A DNA stretch of 64,000 bases from Amphiscolops sp. MND2022 (taxonomy: Eukaryota). The translations under genes and the position numbers were made by a program. The notes beneath the pieces were generated by a model that was given only the letters and a program-made list of their open reading frames with translations, was not told the DNA's origin and did not search any database. The stretch covers positions 36,334,001 through 36,398,000 of the forward strand of contig OZ076409.1 of assembly GCA_964187785.1 (NCBI GenBank). Direction: 5' to 3'. Numbering within the stretch: position 1 is the first letter of the stretch; each line of letters opens with the position of its first letter. Shown in pieces: positions 56,406 to 64,000 of this stretch.

Positions 56406-56653
56406 CATGATAAGACTCGGAAACTAGTTTCTTTCTAGCATGATTCATAGGACGAAGACTTTTGCGAGAGCTGAACTACTCTTTTCAAAATATTTCGAAA
56501 AAGTATTTTTGAAAACCTGTTTTTACTAGTTTTACTTTTTTCACTGGATTTTCGCTTCATTTAATTCTCTTTCAACTGATAATTTCTGAACGAACAATAG
56601 TCTTCCTGTTATGTTTTTTTCTGTATCTTTTCCTGAAAGTTTTCTTTGCGATC

Positions 56654-57127
56654 TTTTTAGTCGGTGCGTTTTCCTTTTAAGGAAAAATACCCGACTATAG
56701 CAGTGACCTTTTTTTCATACTACAATCCTCACACTGATCGGTCCACGTTTTAGAAACAATCCTGAAACCACCTAAGGCCAAGTCCGGCCAAGGCAAACTT
56801 AGTGCAAAGGGTCATTTTTTTACTTTTTCAAGGTAACCTACAAAACCGGACGTGCCTAAAGGGTCCCCCTTTAGATTTTCTTCGGGACTGTGCGACTTTT
56901 ATCGAAAATTTTTTAATGTCCTCAAAGGGTCCCCCCTTCGAGTTTTTTGATATTTTGCTACAGAATGTATGTTAATAAATCCAAAAGGGTCCCCCTTTCA
57001 CATTTTTCGGCACTATGCGACTATTTTTGAAAGAAAAAAATTTCAAAAAATTCAAGTTTTTTTCCAAAAAGAATGTTTTGCGCTTTTTGAGTCGAGATAT
57101 AGCGCCGACTTTAGGCGTTCTCGTCCT
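56654..57127 (+). mobile_element. HINE family A (complete, diverged)
   Basis: TTTTTAGTCGGTGC..CCCGACT start; internal AAAGGGTCCCCC repeats; GCGCCGACT near 57102. Confidence 0.75.
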
Positions 57128-57218
57128 GCAAAACTGCAACAGACGGGAAGAAACGCAACTCACAATTTGCATATACCGTAGATTTACCAAATTACCAAGT
57201 GCACATTTTTTGAGCTCA

Positions 57219-57360
57219 TTTTTAGTCGGCGCTTTTCGAAGATTTTTTTAAATTTTTCCTCACGCGGGTACTGTAGAAGAGAATACTTGACACTTTGAAG
57301 TCCTTTTGCGATTTTTGAGCCTTAGATATGGCGCCGACTTGGGCCGTTCCCGGCTTGTTT
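57219..57360 (+). mobile_element. HINE family A, ~140-bp internally deleted copy
   Basis: AGTCGGCGC at 57224, GCGCCGACT at 57331, GCCG-TTCC-CGGC hairpin, then TTGTTT. Confidence 0.75.
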
Positions 57361-60300
57361 CTTATTGCTCAAGTTCAGTAAAATTATCTTGAAATAGAAA
57401 CCGGAAATTTTTGAAAACAAAAAGTTTGTTTTAAACATCGATATTGGCGAAAGATATTTCTTCTGGCACCTAAAGTCCTTGTATTGGAATTTCACACGCT
57501 TTACAAAGGTACTATATTCGAGGAATTTTGGATAAAATCGTTGAAGCACGTTGAATAATGCTACAGATTATACGTTCAAAGAGACATATCTAATGGATGT
57601 CCTATATGAGCTGGTACGCTCATTTTTAAGGTTCATAAGGGATTTTGATTGAAAAAGCAAACAAAACTGAGGAATGTCCTGATTGTTTGGGAAATACGTC
57701 TTACAAAATGAGAACCTTACTACCTTTCAAACTTGCAGAATGAGAACCCTACGAGACTGAAACTAACCATTCTAATAGAATAAAGCTACCACATTCCAGG
57801 CACTTTCCATTGTTTTTATCAGTTTCAACTGAAAACCCTTTTGTACGAAGTATATATACATCTTTCTCAGTTAGACACATACTAAAATTTACCTCAGAGA
57901 TTGACAACGTGACAAGGTGATTAAAATAGCAGCCATGTTTCCTTTCGTGCTGACATTTTTGAAATTGGATTCACTTAAAAGGTGTTTTGTTCTCGCAGAT
58001 TCTACAAAATTGAACCAATGACGAGATGGTATTCCTAGTAGGCGGACTTAACGATTTGCAATTAAATATTCCCATTTGGGCAAGGAAATAAAGAAGAACA
58101 TTAATTGGATAGGTGACAGAGAGTGAGACGGAAATTCACCTAATATGATATCACCCACTTTCTACTGCTTCAAATAATGGGCACTGAAAGAGTGGGAAAT
58201 CTATCCCCTCTTGAAACGGTGGCCAAAAGTTTCTGGAAAGGTTTCTTTTCCCTCCAACTATAGTTGCCATCAATGCAAAGCCTACCGAACATCTTGACAC
58301 CCGTATCTTACTCAGTCACCTTTTTCCCGGATCCTCGCAGCTTCATCATGTCACGTGGTAGGAAAGCTAATTTTAGCATAAAATTCTGAACAGATAACTG
58401 AAGTCGAATATCCGGAGCATTCAGCTATAAGTGCGACAAAATAACGAAAGACAAGTGAACTTGAATAATTGCGTAATTTGATTGACATTCTTGGTTTTTT
58501 GGACAGGTGGCTTACGCTTGAAATGCCAAAAGTGTCAATGACGCCGAATCTTCGAATGATCTATTTACGGATTTGAATGTGTCAATCAATTGTTTCTATT
58601 GTTAGTGCTTCTATTCCAGCCAGAATAAATCCACCTCACAGTCAGAAATACGAGTTTGATTGCCGTAATTATGTCGGTACGGAGAAACATGCCATAATTA
58701 TACAACATCTAAACATTGAAGATTGAGCGTAGAAAATGTTTAGGTCAACTCGAAAATGAAGTTTTTCTCAATCTTTTTCGAAAATGAGAAAAAAGTTGAA
58801 CAGTGTCAAAAACGCAAGAAGGGGCCTTTACGCTTCAAACACACAATAGCTTACTTAAAAACATCACTTGAAACTAAACGCCCGAGTTAATTAGAAAAAA
58901 TCTGACCTTTTGGGCTCGAAAAACATGTTTACTTTACTACAAACATAGAAACAACCGAAGAAGGAACGCACCAGTGAGTGAAATGAAAGAGGTCTCTTTC
59001 ATTTTTACTGTCTTATTTTTCGAATAGGCATGAAATCCTGAAGGGGATCAAAGGGTCCCTCTTGATTTTACTCGGCACTAAGCATATTTTCAAACATCGA
59101 AAAAAACTCGCACATCAATCATATTTCGTCATCATCTTCTTTGTGGCCTGATTATGTGTTGAGTAAGGCAGTTTTTTCTACTTCATTACTGAAGGTTCAT
59201 CAGAAGTACATTTTATCATCACTTGATGGTCTTAGTTCCACCTCTTGTCAGTCTTGACTATTGTGTTACTTCGTTTCCAATTGGATTGGAGGGGAGGGTT
59301 GACTGAATCACCAATTCCAACATTTGCAAACACGACTTCAACTTCGGCTCAATGATTGACATATGCACTATTTGTCAGTTCCTTTTTCCCACACGACTCT
59401 TGATAACAACTCTTTTCAGGAAAATACAGCTGATGGAAAAAGTTCTGCGCATTTTACAAGGACCTAAAAAACAATTTTATTTCTCATTCCAAAAAGTCAA
59501 TTTTTGGGTTACACTCTCTAAGGGCAACAAAATAGATGCTTCTTTCACAGGGGAAAAGAAAGTAGACCATCTGGAAGTGCTACAAAATTTACTCTAAGAT
59601 CAACATTCTATTTCCACTCGTTCATGGTAAAAAAGGACTAGTCAAGGACTCCTTAAGGACTAGTCATCAAAAATGAGTTTCACATATCGGGAAAAATCTC
59701 AAATTTGGAGGGCTCAGTTTCCTTCAATTTGAAAGGTACACCGTGAGGTTTATATACATCGTGAGTCCAAGCCAATAAGAGTGATTTGCACAAGATGAGG
59801 TCTCTGGTTTGTCTCAAAAATTTGGTGGCTTTTTCTGAATTTGATTTTTCGGAAAACGCTTTTTGTGCGCCATACTCTTGTGTGTCTAAGAAATACCACT
59901 TTCATTTTTCGGGGTTTCTTTGCTAGCGTGCCGCAGCGTTCTAGTTTCTATTTCATTCTCTCACCCACTCCACATCGCAAATACGCTGCAAAAGGGGCGG
60001 CTATTCTCATAAACTAATAAAAGTTTTCTATTTAATTAACACAATTTAGGACATTCATTGATGTATAACTTAGGCCATACCCTAACTTTTTTGACAACTG
60101 TAGCGGAAGTCACACTTCCGAAAGTCAACTCACCCGAAGTCAACTCACCCGAAACTTGTAAAGGCAACTCATTTTTGAAAATTCGTCAAAACTTTAAAGG
60201 AAATAATTTTCGAAACTCCCCCTGGCCAAGTTCTATTTCGGCACAAAATTCAAATTTTCAAAGGAAGCTCTCCTTTGAACGGGCTATCGAATGCTGAAAA

Positions 60301-62012
60301 CGGTTTGTTGCTATCTTTTTCCATCGTCGAGAAATCAAGTTTTGATTTTTAATTTGGATTAGGAAGGGTTATTTCGAAGTGTGCGGCTGCGATTTTATCA
60401 TGGCCACTCAGAGCGCGTTCTCAATTTCTTTCTTTTCACTTTCTAAGACACTTTGGTGAATTGCATTCTATGCTTACACCTGTCTCTGCGAAGTTTTCAC
60501 TGTGGTTTACCCTCAAACACATGTATTAACATAGCAATTTTATTACATCTCTGTTCAAAGCTAAAGATGACTTCTAGTTTATTTTCTGTGGAAATTCGTT
60601 CCTCAAAAGTCCTTTAAATTTTACTCAACATGTAGTCAGGTCAAACAGGAACACTTATTTGATTTAATTTTTTAATTATTCGCCATAGTTACCGAGATAT
60701 TCGATGTCAAACCTTCATTCCAGTTAATATTTTCAGACATAGTTTTAGGTGGTGGCTGCGGCTATACGTTGTGCGGTCGCTTCGTAGCAGCTACGAATGG
60801 TTACTTTGGTTGCCAACGAGGCTAAAGACAATAGTTTTGACATTAAACAATAAGGCGAGGTACTTGAAGTACTTACTGTTATCTTTACTTTCATATATGT
60901 CACACTCAAATAGTCTACCCTTCTGAAGGTACAAAATGTAAATAAATATCACAATAAGAACAAAAAAGTCAAAAATCCTACATATATATGAAGATTTTAC
61001 AGTTTTAAATGTAAAATGAATCTCTATTGCGTCTTTTTTTAGTTTCTGAGAATCTTGAACTGTAAAAATGGCAAGACTGTTTTCTCACTCAGTGAGCGTG
61101 CTTCAATTCTTCCATCTCGCCTTTTGGTGTTTCATGCAGCACCGGAGTATTCGGAGACTTCCATTGCTAAATATTAATTATTTCAAATTTTCCAAATTAT
61201 CTTATTCTCCATTTTCTACACAAAGGTCATTAGATCTAGTATTGCATCCCTTATACATCCAATGTTCTTCTTTCAATTGAATAGCGGTTATAAACGCTCA
61301 ATTACACATTTTTTACGTTAAATAAAGTTAAAAATTCGAAAGGTATTGTTTTTTTGCTCTGTAAATTTTACTAGCTAGCTAGTTAGTCAGTAAGGTTCGA
61401 ACAGCAGCTTAAGTCAAGATGTAATATCCCAAAATTGTAATGTTCAGTTCTTAACAGTCGACTGTTGAAGGTGAACTACAGTCAAGTTGGGACTATGAAG
61501 GTAGAATTGATCATTTGAATATGTATGAATTTCTAGAATTTCTCAATTTTCAAAAATCCCTACTTGCGTCATATTAGAAAATGTGCTTTGATCTCTGTTT
61601 TATTAGTGGGAAGCAGAAAGGACCATGGAAGTATTCAATTTCACACTTTCTTTCACAATCATGAAAAGATTACCCAACTATTTCAACTCAGCGTCTCCAT
61701 ACCACAATCAGTGCGGCAAACAATAAACAATTCCTCTTTTTTGTCAATTTAGATTTCTTTTTTTTTCCGTTTCAAATTGAATCAGTCTATCAATCTATTA
61801 AAGGTTCGAGCGGGGCGTCAAGGTGCACGTTTTACGATTTGTTGGCTATTACAAAGTGAGAAGTGTTAAAGCGAGAAGTGTAGCCAAATTGAAACACTCC
61901 ATTCTAAAATCTCGACTACAAAAATGCTAATTACACTGCTCTGGGGTTTGGGCCCTGGTGCCAGATGGATCCCTTTTGCGCGATGTTGATGAATTGTTGT
62001 ATATAAACTTTT

Positions 62013-62200
62013 AACAAGCCGTGAATGGCCCAAGTCGGTGCCCTGCTCGAGGTTGAAAAAGTGCAATGCTTTTTAAGTATGGAAAGGGTTATTATTGTGA
62101 AAATTTTAACAATTTTTCCGAACGCAAAAATAGGACACCCAAAAGGGTACCCATCGGGAGACTCATAAAACTCGAAATCCGCTTTTTCCATATAATGAAA
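62013..62200 (-). mobile_element. HINE family A, 3' fragment
   Basis: AACAAGCCGTGAATGGCCCAAGTCGGTGCC is the reverse complement of the family-A 3' end. The right boundary is approximate. Confidence 0.6.
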
Positions 62201-62651
62201 ATTTTTTATTCGGATAGGTTTCTTACTGTCGAAATCTCAAAATTAGACCCTTAAAGTTCGCAAAACGTTCTTTTCAATAGTGAGGGAGTACCTTTTTACC
62301 AAAAGAAAATTGTTTCTAAAGAAGGTCGCACGGTTGTCAAAAAAAAACGGTTCCGATCAGAAAATTCTCATCAGTCCCACGGGAGCAAAAAATAATCAAA
62401 GAGGTGACTCATAAGAAAAACAGAGTGCCGAAAAAAAGCTACAAAGGAGGAAAAGCGCCAACAGGCTAAAGACGGCTCAAGCCGGCAACCTACTTGAGGC
62501 TCACAAAACGCAAATGCTTTCAGATTGGTTCCATATCCGTATTTTAGACCAATCAAATTAGTCGCGTAGTGTCGAAGAAATCAAAACGGGATCCTTTGGG
62601 CTCTCTTCAGTTCCACGTGGTTCCAGAAAAAAAAGTTCGCGAGAAAATTAC

Positions 62652-64000
62652 TGTCGCAGGCTGCCGCCTGTGATGGAAATAATTACACTACATCGGCAGG
62701 GGAACAAAACTCGACACCAAGAACACTACCAATATACTGAATACAGGCTATGAACTTTAGAAACTTGTCCTTATTCAACGTTAGTTGTTATTTTACGTAT
62801 TCATGCAATAGTTTTGTATTTAGATGAAGTTAATATTAGTCCGTTAAAATTGTACAATTTGGAAATATCCAAATTAGGCTACTTTGTAACAGTGTGCAGT
62901 TGAAATGTAAATCGTTGAATCAAAAGCAGTACTAATAGAAGCAACTGTAAAGCGGTATAGGAAACGAGTTCAAGTGACGTTCAGCGATAATCCAAAAACG
63001 TCACTTGAGCTCACCTTTCTAACCAATCACAGCGCTTCAATTCACGAGTGCAATATGACTTTGATTTGGTAGTGGCCGAATATGGCCAATTGACTTAATG
63101 TCCACGGATTGTTTTATGCTTTGGTCAAATGGCCGATTTAGGCCGTCTTAACGTAACGAATGATGCTGAATTATTTGTACTCATAATTAACCATATTAGT
63201 TGGGGACTATTCTAGAAGTGCTTTAATATTAAAATAATACCAACGTACCCTTCAACAAGCCAAATGAACCGAGTGCTGATCAAAGGCCGGATAAGGCCTT
63301 TTACCCTTACTCCCCTCAGTATTGTGCTATTAATCAGGATTTGGCCAATTTCGGCCCTTTTAGGAAAAACCCTGTTTTAGTGATGCAATGATATTTAAAT
63401 AGATTGGGCATGTATTATTTGAACTTGCTTCCCCTACGTTGACTTATAGCCACGTGGTAGCACGTGCTAACACTGCATACCAGTGCTACGAGTCTCGCAT
63501 TCCATCAACAAGCTTAACATTTGTTGACATTGCAATAATAATATGTAGCATAGATATGTTGTTTGAAGTACCGTTAAGTGTATTTACCATTATGTCAATT
63601 GTTTGATGTTACATTTCGGGAGACAAATATGTCAGGAATTCTTCCAATCAGGATTTCACAGAAATATGTGATTGATGCTTTCCGATGATATAGAAAATAT
63701 GTAAACAGAGGTTCTTATGGTGCAGATACCTTTCAAAACCATACCTCTTAAATACCAGAGATATGTAAAAATCAAGTGCATTACATACCTTACAATGTCA
63801 ATCTTGGATGAAAATATGTAAAATATGTGAGTGTTACCCACTCAGGGGTATAAATAGTGTTTAGCCTGAGTAGGACACAAAAATCATATTAAACTACTCT
63901 AGAAAAGATTGATCTCCAAACGGCTTCGCTGTTAGTTCCGTATTGATTAATTTATTATTGATTCGGAACTGTTTCAATGCCCACCACTAGAAAGCAAGAA
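62652..64000 (+). mobile_element. LTR related to the 7637-9349 solo LTR, truncated by the window edge
   Basis: First 15 nt identical (TGTCGCAGGCTGCCG); colinear diverged blocks (CGTCACTTG, CCAATCA, GCCGAATA..TTGACTTAAT), TATA at 63849 and ATG at 63977 (MPTTRKQ). Confidence 0.85.

Noticed and set aside
60100..60170. Short tandem repeats (AAGTCAACTCACCCG here; also 1111-1190, 10845-10905, 13750-13860) as a CRISPR-like array
   Set aside because: Direct minisatellites without unique constant-length spacers, in a eukaryotic context with no cas genes.
57400..62000. Host protein-coding exons (also searched 10385-10930 and 12400-16000)
   Set aside because: Only short low-information ORFs with no recognisable domains. 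Small exons cannot be excluded without RNA-seq.

Overview
AT-rich, transposon-saturated eukaryotic (probably invertebrate animal) DNA. I recognised no host gene, rRNA, intact tRNA or CRISPR array. The centre of the window is a three-level nest. A Helentron-type non-autonomous element (about 16800-40946) is split by a ~4.9 kb CsRn1-clade Ty3/Gypsy element (16932-40634) whose integrase ends in an ING-like PHD finger. The gag of that element is in turn split by a young, giant 18.8 kb Ty3/Gypsy element (17529-36293; LTRs ~99% identical). The giant element is the most unusual object here. Besides Gag (two CCHC knuckles), PR, RT, RH and IN, it appears to carry a set of catalytically dead folds: a duplicated pseudo-protease, a dUTPase-like relic, an in-frame post-integrase module (AT-hook, Cys cluster, two TARG1-like macrodomains), and a >1000-aa ORF in the env position that contains an SGNH/GDSL esterase-like domain. 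It also shows a 3-bp TSD and a PBS displaced 15 nt from the LTR. Elsewhere: an older Mag-like Gypsy element (42845-47849), a 1.7 kb solo LTR that contains the start of an ORF (7637-9349; a relative starts at 62652), a decayed LINE RT, two families of DINE-1/HINE-like elements (one with an internal tRNA-like segment), twin abutting palindromes, a Tc1-like MITE, a SINE relic and a degenerate satellite. All domain calls are by-eye motif alignments, and identity counts are manual; they need HMM or structure confirmation.
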